A stretch of DNA of 55,624 bases from Dehalococcoidia bacterium (GTDB lineage: Bacteria; Chloroflexota; Dehalococcoidia; DSTF01; RBG-16-68-14). This document shows, one piece after another, positions 16,744-26,849 of the stretch; the first letter of the stretch is position 1, and every line of letters starts with the position of its first letter. The translations under genes were made by a program, and so were the position numbers. The notes beneath the pieces were generated by a model. That model was not told where the DNA came from. It worked only from the letters and a program-made list of their open reading frames with translations, and ran no database searches. The stretch lies in the NCBI GenBank assembly GCA_040882355.1, contig JBBEBM010000078.1, positions 1-55,624 on the forward strand, written 5' to 3'.

Positions 16744-17157
16744 GTGGCGTTACCCTTCCTCGACACGAACGTCCTCCTTCGGCATCTGGTCCAGGACCAC
16801 GCCGATCATTCCCCACGGGCGACGGCGTTTCTCCAGCGGATAGAGGACGGCGAGCTGCGAGTACGCGTCGCGGACACCGTCGTCTTTGAAACGGTGTTTA
16901 CGCTCCAGCGACTCTATCGTGTCTCGCGGGAGGCCATCCGCGAGAATCTGCTCTTGGTGCTGCAGCTACCCGGCATCGTTCTGCCTGGCAAGCGACGATT
17001 CGAGCGCGCGTTCGACTACTACGTCAATCTCAACCTCTCGTTCGCCGATGCTTATCACGCGGCCCTCATGCACGAACTGAAGCTCGATGAGATCGTCTCG
17101 TTCGATCGCGGGTTGGACCGGGTGCCCGGCATTCGCCGGGTCGAGCCAGCGCTCTGA
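16744..17157 (+). CDS. vapC: PIN-domain toxin (VapC)
   Basis: FLDTNVLL, VVFETV, LSFADAY, IVSFDR. Confidence 0.92.
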   Translation: MALPFLDTNVLLRHLVQDHADHSPRATAFLQRIEDGELRVRVADTVVFETVFTLQRLYRVSREAIRENLLLVLQLPGIVLPGKRRFERAFDYYVNLNLSFADAYHAALMHELKLDEIVSFDRGLDRVPGIRRVEPAL

Positions 17158-17158
17158 G

Positions 17159-17503
17159 CTACCCGGGGGCGCCCCGCGCCGACGGCTTCGGTGGTCTGAG
17201 GGCTGTGAGTAGCACGCCGAGGACCGCCACCCCGCCCAGGAAGGGGACGGCGCCGTCGGCCAGGCGCTTCGGGAGGAAGAGCTCGAAGAACGTCTTCTCG
17301 TCGCCGAACCGGCGGTGGACGGTGCCCAGAGGGCAGTCGCCTCCATTGGCAGACACGATGGCGCCCTCGGCCACCAGCGCCGCGACCGCAGCGGCCACCA
17401 GCCGGCCTCTCTTGCGCGTCGCCGCGGCGTAGTAGATGAAGGCCAGGCATGAGACGAAGAAGAGCGATATCAGCCCGTGCACCAGCCGAACGAGCGCGAT
17501 CAT
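17159..17503 (-). CDS. Hypothetical membrane protein
   Basis: Three hydrophobic segments and NGGDCPL; start overlaps the upstream stop. Confidence 0.75.
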   Translation of the reverse strand: MIALVRLVHGLISLFFVSCLAFIYYAAATRKRGRLVAAAVAALVAEGAIVSANGGDCPLGTVHRRFGDEKTFFELFLPKRLADGAVPFLGGVAVLGVLLTALRPPKPSARGAPG

Positions 17504-18021
17504 GGCGTCGTGACCCCCAGGTAATCGAGCGCTAGCTCGACGCAGCGGTCGAGCGGCTGGGTGGTGTCGATGCGCAGGTACGCGCCGACGGGCGCGATCG
17601 TCTGCCAGCGCTCGCCGTCAACGGGCTCGACCGGCTGGCTGGCCATGCGAGGCCGGTCGCGCAGGCGGCGGGCGAGTTCCGCCTCGTCCTGGCAGATGCA
17701 CTCGATGAAGTAGTAGGCGACCATCCGCTCCTGCGCGATTCTGGCGCCCTTCGTCGGGATGCCCTCCCAGAACGACGGGCTATCGAGCACCACGCTCTGC
17801 CCCTGTCCGAGGAGGTGGTCGGCCAGCGCGAAGAACGCCTCGTACGCCAGCGGCGCGGCGAGTGACTCCTCGGCGCCCGCCTCCAGCGCCGCTGTCTTGA
17901 TCACGTCCTTGTCCAGCACAACGGCGCCCGTGACGCGCCCGATCATTCGCGCGAGTGCGCTCTTGCCTGAGCCGGGCGGGCCGGCCATCTGCAGGAGGAA
18001 AGGTGCGGTGGAGGTGGTCAT
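17500..18021 (-). CDS. P-loop kinase (AAA_33-like)
   Basis: GPPGSGKS Walker A, LDKD, SVVLDS. Confidence 0.88.
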   Translation of the reverse strand: MTTSTAPFLLQMAGPPGSGKSALARMIGRVTGAVVLDKDVIKTAALEAGAEESLAAPLAYEAFFALADHLLGQGQSVVLDSPSFWEGIPTKGARIAQERMVAYYFIECICQDEAELARRLRDRPRMASQPVEPVDGERWQTIAPVGAYLRIDTTQPLDRCVELALDYLGVTTP

Positions 18022-18063
18022 GGTCCGCGAGCAGGATAGCAACCTGCTCGGTAGGTTGTACCC

Positions 18064-18194
18064 GTCTGCGGGATGTCGCCTGCGGCGACTCGCTGTGGCG
18101 AGAATCCCGCAGCTTCCAGGAGATGAACTGCCTGGAGGGCGACATGGTGCAGGCGCGTTGCCCGGTCGAAGCTGAGGGTTTTCAACCCTCAGAC
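18064..18194 (+). repeat. ~130-bp REPIN/MITE-like element, copy 2
   Basis: Homologous to the reverse complement of 7530-7654; terminal hairpin CTGAGGGTT-TTC-AACCCTCAG recurs at 39915-39935. Confidence 0.8.
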
Positions 18195-18225
18195 GCCATA
18201 CGCCATCTGCAGGAGGAACGGGCAG

Positions 18226-18666
18226 TTAGGCACCCTCGCCTCCGGAGACGCCCGTGACGTTGCCGGCAGCGTCGGTCTGGTAAGTGCCCTTGCTCAGGTC
18301 GAGCAGGACGAGCTGGTTGCCCCACGGATCGGCGACGACCAAGACACGGCCGACCGGAATGTCGAACGGGCCCGCAATGACCGATCCGCCCGCCTCGATG
18401 AAAGCCTGGACCGCTGTGTCGGCTGACGAGACGAGCAGGTCGGTCTCCAGCCCGGGCCGCTCAGTCTGCAGGACGATCTCAGTGTCACTGTCTGGCATCG
18501 CCAACCCGATCGACGTCTGTGTCCTCCAGCGCAACGTGTGACCGAGCCGGTCCCGGTAGAAGGCGAGGCCCGCATCCAGGTCGGGGACCGGAATTCGCAC
18601 GGCATCGACCTTTCGGATGAGCGCGTCGTCCGGCGCTCTGTCGCCGGACTGACCGACCCTCTCCAT
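18226..18666 (-). CDS. VOC/glyoxalase family protein
   Basis: VPDLDAGLAFYRDRLG, GPFDIPVG, ADPWGN. Confidence 0.88.
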   Translation of the reverse strand: MERVGQSGDRAPDDALIRKVDAVRIPVPDLDAGLAFYRDRLGHTLRWRTQTSIGLAMPDSDTEIVLQTERPGLETDLLVSSADTAVQAFIEAGGSVIAGPFDIPVGRVLVVADPWGNQLVLLDLSKGTYQTDAAGNVTGVSGGEGA

Positions 18667-18675
18667 CACGCGGCC

Positions 18676-18703
18676 TTGACCCCTGACCCTGCACTCTTGA
18701 CCC
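18676..18703. repeat. Heptamer tandem repeat (x4) abutting the pyrK stop
   Basis: TTGACCC CTGACCC TGCACTC TTGACCC. Confidence 0.6.
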
Positions 18704-19525
18704 TCATCGAAACACCTCTCGCAGCTCGAACTTCGGGCCGTCCTTGCAGACGAGGCGCATGCCCTTGCGCGTCTCGACGGCGCAGCCGTAGCAGATGCCG
18801 GTGCCGCAGCCCATCCGCTCCTCGAGCAGCGCCTGCACGGAACGGCGCGCGCGAACGTTGCGCATCGCGTTCGCCATCGCGCGGAACATGGCGTTCGGCC
18901 CGCAGGCGAAGGCCTGGTCGCACCACTCAAGGTGCTCGAGGAAGGCGTCGGTGGCGAGGCCGCTTCGCCCCAGCGAGCCGTCCTCAGTCGTGATGGCGAC
19001 CTCGACCTCGGCCGGCAGGAGGGCGGTTGGGAAGATCTGCCCGGCGTGGCGTCCGCCGAGGACGAGGACGACGCTCTTGCCCTGCGCGACGGCCTCGTCG
19101 GCGAGCCAGACGAGCGGCGCAACGCCGATGCCGCCCGCGACGAGCAGCAGGTGCTGCGATGTGGAGCGGACCGTGTAGCCGTGCCCGAGCGGCCCCCAGG
19201 CTAAGACGAGGTCACCTGGCCTTCGTGACGCGAGCCACTCGGTGCCCTGCCCGACGACGTCGTACAGGACCGACCACTCCGGCCCCGATGGCCCCGGTCG
19301 CATGCGGTGGATGCTCATCGGGCGGGGCAGGAGCGGATCGTCGGGCAGGGCACTCGGTGAGGGGAGTGCTTCGCCCCGGAGCGGCGGCTCGACGCAACGG
19401 AGCATGACGAACTGGCCGGGGACGGCGCCCTGCGCCAGCTCCGGCGCGGCGAACCAGGTGATGTGGGTGTCGCCGTAGAGGCGCTCGTTCTCGGTGACGC
19501 GGGCGAAGGTCTCGCGCATGGGCAT
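18704..19525 (-). CDS. pyrK: Dihydroorotate dehydrogenase electron transfer subunit
   Basis: PGQFVML, RPMSI, GPLGHG, AGGIGVAP, MGCGTGICYGC...VCKDGP 2Fe-2S motif. Confidence 0.95.
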   Translation of the reverse strand: MPMRETFARVTENERLYGDTHITWFAAPELAQGAVPGQFVMLRCVEPPLRGEALPSPSALPDDPLLPRPMSIHRMRPGPSGPEWSVLYDVVGQGTEWLASRRPGDLVLAWGPLGHGYTVRSTSQHLLLVAGGIGVAPLVWLADEAVAQGKSVVLVLGGRHAGQIFPTALLPAEVEVAITTEDGSLGRSGLATDAFLEHLEWCDQAFACGPNAMFRAMANAMRNVRARRSVQALLEERMGCGTGICYGCAVETRKGMRLVCKDGPKFELREVFR

Positions 19526-19526
19526 C

Positions 19527-20672
19527 TCAGGGTAGTGCGCCGAAGGCGAGGCCCGCCAGCGCCGCGCCCCCCAGCAACGGCGCGCTGTGCACGCGCCAGC
19601 GGAGCAGCGCGAACAGCGCGACGATGCCGATCGCGACGGTCCAGCCGTCGACGAAGGCGCTGCGGCCCAGGTGCGCCGTCGCCGCGAGGATCGTGCCGAC
19701 GACGCCCGCGCCGAGCCCCTTGAGCACCGCCCGCGCGATGACAGACTCCGAGACGACGGCGAGGAAACGGGCCGCGAGGAGCGCGAAGACGAACGAGGGG
19801 AGGAAGATGGCGACCGTCGCCACGACAGCGCCCGGCAGGCCGGCGGCCTGGTACCCGACGAACGTGGCAGTGATCACGATCGGGCCGGGCGTGGTCTGGC
19901 CGAGCGCGACGCCATCGAGAAACTGGTCGTTGCTCATCCAGCCGAACGTCTCGACGACGTCGTGCTGCATCAGCGGGATCATGACGTAACCGCCGCCGAA
20001 GAGCAGGCCGCCGGTGCGCAGACAGAGCAAGAAGATGTCGCCGAGCGTGCCCGGCTCCCAGGCGAACGCTGGCACCGCGAGCATTGGCGCAGCGACGAGC
20101 GCCACGCCGCTGCCCAGCCGCGTGCTGTACAACAGGAGGCCCGCCAAGCCCGCGCCGATCAGAATGTAGATCTCGGAGCCGGGGAAGGCGTAGGCGAGCG
20201 CTCCGCTGGCGACGAAGACGGCGCCCAGCGCCGCATCGCTCACGCCGCCGCGAAACAGCCGGTAGGCGGTGACGACGATCAGCGCGATGACTGCGGGCTT
20301 GATGCCGTAGAAGACGTTGTCGACGGCGGGCACGGTCTGGTAGCGCGCGTAGAGCCAGCTCAGCACGAGCATGAGCAGGAAGGCCGGCATGATGAACGCG
20401 ATGCCGCTGCCGATCGCCCCGGCGAGCCCGGCGCGCGCGTCGCCGACGTGGATCGCCATCTCCGTCGAGTTCGGCCCGGGAACAAGGTTGGTCGCGGCGA
20501 GCGCGTCGGTGAACCGCTGACGCGAGAGCCACCCGCGCTTCTCGACTGCCTCCCGCTCGATCATCGAGATGTGGGCCATCGGCCCGCCGAAACCGGTGAC
20601 GCCAAGCTGGCCGAAGAGCAGGATCACTTCGCGCAGACGACCGCCGCTTGAAGGTGGGCTACTTCCCGCCAT
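19527..20672 (-). CDS. chrA: Chromate efflux transporter (two-domain CHR family)
   Basis: GFGGP...PGPNS and FGGGY...TPGPI duplicated domains. Confidence 0.92.
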   Translation of the reverse strand: MAGSSPPSSGGRLREVILLFGQLGVTGFGGPMAHISMIEREAVEKRGWLSRQRFTDALAATNLVPGPNSTEMAIHVGDARAGLAGAIGSGIAFIMPAFLLMLVLSWLYARYQTVPAVDNVFYGIKPAVIALIVVTAYRLFRGGVSDAALGAVFVASGALAYAFPGSEIYILIGAGLAGLLLYSTRLGSGVALVAAPMLAVPAFAWEPGTLGDIFLLCLRTGGLLFGGGYVMIPLMQHDVVETFGWMSNDQFLDGVALGQTTPGPIVITATFVGYQAAGLPGAVVATVAIFLPSFVFALLAARFLAVVSESVIARAVLKGLGAGVVGTILAATAHLGRSAFVDGWTVAIGIVALFALLRWRVHSAPLLGGAALAGLAFGALP

Positions 20673-23600
20673 CGCGAAGGTAGTCGCGCAGGGGCTGGAC
20701 GGTGTAGGTCTGGACGCCTGCCATCAGCGCCTCTGCGGCCGCGCGGGCGGTGTCGAGGCTGGTGAAGCAAGGGATGCGGCGCTCGGCGGCTGCGCGACGG
20801 ATGTGGAAGCCATCGCGCAGGGTACCGGTGAGGCGGCCCTCCGGGATGTTGATCACGCCGTCGACCGTGCCGTCCTGGATCACGTCGACGACGTTCGGGT
20901 GCTCGTGCGCGAGCCGCTTGGCCACGCGGTCCGCCCGCAGGCCGAGCGCATCGATCATCGCGGCCGTGCCTTCGGTGGCGTAGAGGCGGAAGCCCTCCTC
21001 CGCCAGCCGGCGCACGATCGGCGCCGCTTCCGCCTTGTAGTGGTCGGCGATGCTGAGCAGGAGGGCGCCGCCCGAAGGCAGCGCCAGCTCCGCCGAGAGC
21101 AGCGCCTTGGCGAGCGCCGCCGGGAACGTGTGGTCGATGCCCATCGCTTCGCCCGTCGACTTCATCTCCGGTCCGAGGTGCGTGTCGACGCCGACGAGCT
21201 TCGACATCGAGAAAGCGGGCGCTTTCACGGCGATCAGCTTCTGTTGGGGCCAAAGGCCGCCCTTGTAGCCCTGCTCTTCGAGTGAGCGACCGAGCGTCAC
21301 ATGTACCGCCAGGCGCACCAGCGGGACGCCTGTGACCTTCGAGATGAAGGGAACGGTGCGGCTGGAGCGCGGGTTCACCTCCAGCACGTAGACCGACGGG
21401 CCGTTCTGCGCGCGCACGATGACGTACTGCACGTTCATCAGCCCGTCAACTTGCAGCGCGAGGCCGATCCGCTCCGTGTAGTCGACGACGGTGTCGATCT
21501 CCTCTTGCGTGAGGTTGATCGGCGGGTAGACGGCCATCGAGTCGCCGGAGTGGACGCCGGCGCGCTCGATGTGCTCCATGATGCCGGGAATGAGCGCCTC
21601 GCGGCCGTCGCACACCGCATCGACCTCCACCTCGCGGCCTTCGAGGTACTTGTCGATGAGGACCGGCTTGTTCGGCCCGGCCTCGGCGGCGGCGGCGACG
21701 TACTGGACGAGCTCTGTCGCGTTCTGGACGATCTCCATCGCCCGCCCGCCGAGCACGTAGCTGGGTCGCACCAGCACCGGGTAGCCGATCGTCTCGGCGG
21801 TGGTCATCGCCTCTTCGATGCTCGTCACGGCGGCGCCGGGCGGTTGGGGGATGCCGAGCTTAGCGAGGAACTCCTCGAAGCGGCGGCGGTCCTCGGCCAT
21901 GTCGATCGCCTCGGCGCTCGATCCTAGGATCGGCATCGCCGCGAGGTGGAGCGGCCCGGCGAGGTTGATCGCCGTCTGACCGCCGAACTGCACGATCGAC
22001 GGCGGCGCCTGCGACTCCTCGACGAGCAGCGGCGCTTCGCCGGGCGCTTCGACGGTCGGGTCGGTCGGCGGCGACTCGTTCTCGAGGATGTCGCGCAGCG
22101 ACTCTTCGTCGAGCGGCTCAAAGTACAGCCGGTCCGACGTGTCGAAGTCGGTCGAGACGGTCTCCGGATTCGAGTTCGCGATGAGCGCCTTGTAGCCGGC
22201 CTCCTGGAGCGCCCACGCGGCGTGGACGGAGCAGTAGTCGAACTCGATACCCTGGCCGATGCGGATCGGCCCGCTGCCGATGACGAGGGCCTTGTTGCCG
22301 GGCAGCGGCTGAGCCTCGTTCTCGTCCTCGTAGGTGCTGTAGAAGTAGGGCGTCGCAGCGTCGAACTCGGCCGCGCACGTGTCGACCATCTTGTAGACCG
22401 GACGGATGCCGAGCCGGATGCGCGCCTGACGTACGCGTTCGGGCAGCCAGTCGGCGAGCGCGCCGATCTGCTCGTCGGCGAAGCCGAGCCGCTTTGCCTC
22501 GCGCAGCAGATCGGGCGAGAGCGGCTCCGCGAGCAGCCGCCGCTCCATCGCGACGATCTTCGCGAGCTTGCCGAGAAACCACGGGTCGACGCCGGTCTTG
22601 CGCGCGAGCTCCATCGGCTCCGCCTTGCGACGAAGCGCCGCCATCAGGCGCCAGATGCGGTCGTCGGTCGCGGGCATCGGGCCCGCGCAAAAGTCGGTGT
22701 CGCGCCAGGCGGGGGCCTCCCACTGGAGCGAGCGTCCGCCGATCTCCAGCGACCGCACCGCCTTCTGGAGCGCCGCCTCGAAGCTGCGGTCGATCGCCAT
22801 CACCTCGCCGGTCGCTTTCATCTGCGTGCCGAGGGTGCGGTCGCCCAGCGGGAACTTGTCGAACGGCCAGCGCGGGATCTTCACGACGACGTAGTCGAGC
22901 GCGGGCTCGAAGGCGGCAGTCGTCTTCAGCGTCACGGCGTTCGGGATCTCGTCGAGCCGTTTCCCGACAGCGATCTTCGCGGCGACACGCGCGATCGGAT
23001 AGCCGGTCGCCTTCGACGCGAGGGCGGAGCTGCGTGAGACGCGCGGGTTCACCTCGATCACGAAGTAGGGCGGGTCGCCCTCGCCTTTGGGCACGGCCCA
23101 CTCGGCGATCTCCGGGCGCGGCGCCAGCGCGAGCTGGACGTTGCACCCGCCCTCGATGCCCAGCGCGCGGATGATGCGCAGGCTGGCCGAGCGGAGCATC
23201 TGGTACTCCTTGTCGGAGAGGGTCTGGCTGGGCGCGACGACGATGCTGTCGCCGGTGTGGACCCCCATCGGGTCGAAGTTTTCCATGTTGCAGACGGTGA
23301 TGCACGTGCCGGCGGCGTCGCGCATCACCTCGTACTCGATCTCCTTCCAGCCAAGCAGCGAGCGCTCGATCAGCACCTGGCCGATCGGGCTGGCGGCGAG
23401 GCCGCTCGCGACGATGCGCTCCAGGTCCTCTTTCGTGTGGGCGATGCCGCCGCCCGTGCCCCCGAGCGTGTACGCCGGCCGCACGACGATCGGCAGGCCG
23501 ATGCGCTCGGCGACCTCGCGCGCGTCTTCGAGCGAGGTGACGGTCTCGCTCTCGGGCGCCGGCTCGCCGATGCTTTCGAGGAGCTGGCGGAAGAGCTCGC

Positions 23601-23976
23601 GGTCCTCCGCCTTGCGGATCGTCTCGAGGGGGGTGCCGAGCAGTCGCACATCGTAGCGGTCGAGCACGCCGGCGTCCGCGAGATCGACGGCGAGGTTCAG
23701 GCCGGTCTGTCCGCCGAGTGTCGGCAGCAGGCCATCCGGCCGCTCGCGCTCGATGATCCGCTCGACCACCTCGACAGTGAGCGGCTCGATGTAGACGACG
23801 TCGGCGATGCCTTCGTCGGTCATGATCGTCGCCGGGTTGGAGTTGACGAGCACGGAGACGACGCCCTCCTCGCGCATCGCCTTGCAGGCCTGCGTGCCGG
23901 CGTAGTCGAACTCGGCGGCCTGGCCGATAACGATCGGCCCGGAGCCGAGGATGAGCACCTTGGCGGGCTTAGTCAC
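20659..23976 (-). CDS. carB: Carbamoyl-phosphate synthase large subunit
   Basis: [28 protein letters not shown], duplicated ATP-grasp halves, MGS tail. Confidence 0.98.
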   Translation of the reverse strand: MTKPAKVLILGSGPIVIGQAAEFDYAGTQACKAMREEGVVSVLVNSNPATIMTDEGIADVVYIEPLTVEVVERIIERERPDGLLPTLGGQTGLNLAVDLADAGVLDRYDVRLLGTPLETIRKAEDRELFRQLLESIGEPAPESETVTSLEDAREVAERIGLPIVVRPAYTLGGTGGGIAHTKEDLERIVASGLAASPIGQVLIERSLLGWKEIEYEVMRDAAGTCITVCNMENFDPMGVHTGDSIVVAPSQTLSDKEYQMLRSASLRIIRALGIEGGCNVQLALAPRPEIAEWAVPKGEGDPPYFVIEVNPRVSRSSALASKATGYPIARVAAKIAVGKRLDEIPNAVTLKTTAAFEPALDYVVVKIPRWPFDKFPLGDRTLGTQMKATGEVMAIDRSFEAALQKAVRSLEIGGRSLQWEAPAWRDTDFCAGPMPATDDRIWRLMAALRRKAEPMELARKTGVDPWFLGKLAKIVAMERRLLAEPLSPDLLREAKRLGFADEQIGALADWLPERVRQARIRLGIRPVYKMVDTCAAEFDAATPYFYSTYEDENEAQPLPGNKALVIGSGPIRIGQGIEFDYCSVHAAWALQEAGYKALIANSNPETVSTDFDTSDRLYFEPLDEESLRDILENESPPTDPTVEAPGEAPLLVEESQAPPSIVQFGGQTAINLAGPLHLAAMPILGSSAEAIDMAEDRRRFEEFLAKLGIPQPPGAAVTSIEEAMTTAETIGYPVLVRPSYVLGGRAMEIVQNATELVQYVAAAAEAGPNKPVLIDKYLEGREVEVDAVCDGREALIPGIMEHIERAGVHSGDSMAVYPPINLTQEEIDTVVDYTERIGLALQVDGLMNVQYVIVRAQNGPSVYVLEVNPRSSRTVPFISKVTGVPLVRLAVHVTLGRSLEEQGYKGGLWPQQKLIAVKAPAFSMSKLVGVDTHLGPEMKSTGEAMGIDHTFPAALAKALLSAELALPSGGALLLSIADHYKAEAAPIVRRLAEEGFRLYATEGTAAMIDALGLRADRVAKRLAHEHPNVVDVIQDGTVDGVINIPEGRLTGTLRDGFHIRRAAAERRIPCFTSLDTARAAAEALMAGVQTYTVQPLRDYLRDGGK

Positions 23977-24015
23977 TGGTTGCCTCGCCGAAGGGCGCTA
24001 GGCTAGGATTCGGCC

Positions 24016-24384
24016 ATGAAGCCGCAGACGGAGCAGTGGATAGAAATCGCCGATTTGGACCTGGAAGCAGCGAACCGTCTGGTGGAGGCGATGTTACCCT
24101 TTCAGGGACTGTTCTTCTGCCAGCAGGCCGTCGAGAAGCTGATGAAGGGCTTGTGGATCGAGCGAAAGACGAGTCTGCCCCCCAGGACCCACAACCTGGT
24201 GCAGCTGGCGACTGAGTTGGATCTGAGCGTGCCAGCAGAGCTTGACGATCTCCTGGTAAGATTGACAGACCTTGCCGTGGAGAGCCGGTACCCCGGCAAG
24301 GCTGATCAAACACCGGAGATGGCTCGCATCTACTTGCAACGAACGACGGAGCTGTACCAGTGGTTGCGACAGCTACTGAGCTAG
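24016..24384 (+). CDS. HEPN domain protein
   Basis: FFCQQAVEKLMK, PPRTHNLVQL, ESRYP. Confidence 0.9.
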   Translation: MKPQTEQWIEIADLDLEAANRLVEAMLPFQGLFFCQQAVEKLMKGLWIERKTSLPPRTHNLVQLATELDLSVPAELDDLLVRLTDLAVESRYPGKADQTPEMARIYLQRTTELYQWLRQLLS

Positions 24385-24698
24385 ACACGGCGATCACCGA
24401 ATTCATTGCCCGTCTCCAGAAGGGCATTCGAGTTGAGGCGGCCATCCTCTATGGTTCCTATGCCCACGGCTCCCCGGACGAGTGGAGCGACATCGACCTC
24501 GCGATCATCTCTCCGGACTTCGAAGGTCTCTCCGGCTCCCGCCGCCAGGAGATGATCTCTGGACTGACGCTCGAGCGAGATCCTCGCATGGCGCCCATCG
24601 GCTACCCGTCCAGCGAGTTCCACGATCCTGAACCCCAGACGTTCATCAGCGAGATCATCCGTACCGGCAAGATCGTCTACCAAGCGCCGCAGTCCTAG
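24360..24698 (+). CDS. Minimal nucleotidyltransferase (MNT)
   Basis: LYGSYAHG...SDIDLAIISPDF; overlaps the HEPN gene. Confidence 0.9.
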   Translation: MVATATELDTAITEFIARLQKGIRVEAAILYGSYAHGSPDEWSDIDLAIISPDFEGLSGSRRQEMISGLTLERDPRMAPIGYPSSEFHDPEPQTFISEIIRTGKIVYQAPQS

Positions 24699-24703
24699 CG
24701 CCC

Positions 24704-25171
24704 TCACCGCCGCCTCGTCACTTTCGCCTGCTCCTGCGGTAGAGAGCTGTGCGATCCGAGGCCCAGCAGGCGGCCGGGGAACAGGAATCCGACGAGGAAC
24801 GTGACCGCGAGCGGCACCAGCACTTCGAGCGCGAGCGGGTAGTCCGTGATGAACACGAAAAACGCCATGAAGGCCAGCCCGCAGCCGCCGATGACGAATC
24901 CCGCCACGTAACCCTGCCATTCGGTGATCCAGTCCGAGGCGAGCGGCCAGAAGACGTACGCGATGAACACGAAGAGCACCGTCGCGACGAGGCTCGCGGC
25001 CCACGACCCGAGCCAAACCCAGAGGGCGCGGTCGAAGTTGCCGTCCACGGCGATGCCGATGCCGCCGATGACACCGACGACCAGCAGCACCGGGATCGCC
25101 TCGAGCGACATGCCCGCGATGCAGAGCACGCCGAACGCCGTGCGCGCGATCGGGTCGATGCGGCCGATCAC
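24704..25171 (-). CDS. Hypothetical membrane protein
   Basis: About four hydrophobic segments; co-oriented with the pyr genes. Confidence 0.7.
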   Translation of the reverse strand: MIGRIDPIARTAFGVLCIAGMSLEAIPVLLVVGVIGGIGIAVDGNFDRALWVWLGSWAASLVATVLFVFIAYVFWPLASDWITEWQGYVAGFVIGGCGLAFMAFFVFITDYPLALEVLVPLAVTFLVGFLFPGRLLGLGSHSSLPQEQAKVTRRR

Positions 25172-25192
25172 CAGTGCGCCTCGGCGCTCACG

Positions 25193-25678
25193 CTACGAGT
25201 CGGCCGGTTCGTGACCATGCTCCTCGTAGATCGGCAGCTCGTAGACCGCCTCCGGGTTGTACATGGGCACCAGCGCCCCGATGCTCGAAAGGAAGCTGAG
25301 CGCGTCCTCGTTCTGCCGGGGCAGGCGGCCTCGAATGCGCTTGTAGCCCTTGTCGCGCGCGAAACCGAGCGCGTACTCGGCGAGCGCGGTGCCGAGCCCC
25401 TTGCGCCGCTGCTCCAGCAGCAGCCAGACGCCGACCACCGCGGTGTCCGGCTCGTGCGTGTCGAAGTCGATCGCGCTGAAGCCGACGACCGCGCCCTCGA
25501 TGATGCAGAGGAAGATGCCGCCCTCGCCGCCCTGGCGCGTGAGCCAGGTGCGCACCTGATCGGGCGTCGAGGGGCCTTCGAAGCCGACGGGGTTCGGCTC
25601 CTGCACGACGGTGTTGATCACGGCGGCGATCGCGTCGGCGTCGTGGATCGTCGCTTGGCGATACGTGGGTTCGCTCAT
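25193..25678 (-). CDS. GNAT family N-acetyltransferase
   Basis: YRQATIHDADAI, QRRKGLGTAL, N..ALSF. Confidence 0.88.
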   Translation of the reverse strand: MSEPTYRQATIHDADAIAAVINTVVQEPNPVGFEGPSTPDQVRTWLTRQGGEGGIFLCIIEGAVVGFSAIDFDTHEPDTAVVGVWLLLEQRRKGLGTALAEYALGFARDKGYKRIRGRLPRQNEDALSFLSSIGALVPMYNPEAVYELPIYEEHGHEPADS

Positions 25679-25700
25679 GGCAATGCCCCTTCGATCATGA

Positions 25701-25745
25701 CGGCGAGCTGTCGCTCGCCCAGGGCGACCAGATGGTCGCCCCTAC
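25701..25745 (-). repeat. GTAG-type REP-like double hairpin overlapping the carA stop
   Basis: GTAGGGGCGACCATCTGGTCGCCCTGGGCGAGCGACAGCTCGCCG; homolog at 1304-1348. Confidence 0.75.
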
Positions 25746-26836
25746 GATTGCCGCGCGTGCTCATCTATCAGCTCCAGGAAGCGTTCGAACAGGTAGCGGT
25801 CGTCGTGCGGGCCGGGCGACGCCTCCGAGTGATACTGGATCGTGAACACGGGCAGCTCGCGGTGGCGCAGCCCCTCGCACGTGCCGTCGTTCAGGTGGAC
25901 GTGGCTCACCTCCACGTTCGATGGCAGGCCGTCCGGGTCGATGGCGTAGCCGTGGTTCTGCGCCGTGATCGTTACGCGTCCCGTCGCCTCCTCGCGCACC
26001 GGGTGGTTCGCGCCGCGGTGGCCGAACTTCAGCTTGTACGAGCGGGCGCCCCACGCCCGCGCGAGCACCTGGTGGCCGAGACAGATGCCGAAGATCGGCA
26101 CGCGCCCCAGCAGCCCGTTCGCCGTCTCGACGGCGTAGTCGAGCAGGGCGGGGTCGCCGGGGCCAGGTGACATAACGACGCCGGCCGGCTTCAACGACAG
26201 GATCTCGTCGGCGGTCGTCCGCGCGGGTACGACGGTGGCGCGGCAGCCGAGGCCGCTCAGGATGCGCAGGATGTTGTGCTTTACCCCGAGGTCGAACACG
26301 ACCACTTCGCGCTTCGGATTGCCTCGCTGCGGCCACGTGAACGCTTCTGGCGCGCTCACCTCGCTGACGAAGTCGCTGCCGTCGTAGCGGGGCAGCTCGC
26401 GCAGGCGGGCGAGGGCGCCCTCCGGCGACGGTTCCTTCGTGATCGCGCCCATCATCACGCCGACGGAGCGCAACCGGCGCGTGAGCGCGCGCGTGTCGAC
26501 GCCCTCGATCGCGGGCACGCCAGACGAGGCGAGGTAGTCGTGCAGGGTGCCCTCGTTGCGCCAGTGCGATGGTAGGTCGCAGGACTCGCGCACGACGAAG
26601 CCGCGCACCTGCACCCGCCCCGACTCCGTGTCGAGCGGGTTGACGCCGTAGTTGCCCTGGAGCGGGTAGGTCATCACCAGGATCTGCCCGGCGAACGACG
26701 GGTCGGTGAGCGCTTCCTGGTAACCGGTCATCGACGTCGTGAAGACGACCTCGCCGTGCAGCTCCGCGTCCGCCCCGAACGCCCGCCCGGCGAACACGGA
26801 GCCGTCCTCCAGCACAAGGTAGCGACGATCAGTCAT
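25742..26836 (-). CDS. carA: Carbamoyl-phosphate synthase small subunit
   Basis: GEVVFTTSMTGYQE, SPGPGDP, GICLGHQ, QNHGY, QYHSEASPGP. Confidence 0.97.
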   Translation of the reverse strand: MTDRRYLVLEDGSVFAGRAFGADAELHGEVVFTTSMTGYQEALTDPSFAGQILVMTYPLQGNYGVNPLDTESGRVQVRGFVVRESCDLPSHWRNEGTLHDYLASSGVPAIEGVDTRALTRRLRSVGVMMGAITKEPSPEGALARLRELPRYDGSDFVSEVSAPEAFTWPQRGNPKREVVVFDLGVKHNILRILSGLGCRATVVPARTTADEILSLKPAGVVMSPGPGDPALLDYAVETANGLLGRVPIFGICLGHQVLARAWGARSYKLKFGHRGANHPVREEATGRVTITAQNHGYAIDPDGLPSNVEVSHVHLNDGTCEGLRHRELPVFTIQYHSEASPGPHDDRYLFERFLELIDEHARQS

Positions 26837-26849
26837 GGTCGCTCGTTCC

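Noticed and set aside
7530..18194. 10.6-kb composite transposon or inversion bounded by the two inverted 130-bp elements
   Set aside because: The enclosed region holds core genes (tRNA-Pro, pyrD, apbC), pyrD keeps the same orientation as pyrK, the copies are diverged, and no target duplication is seen.
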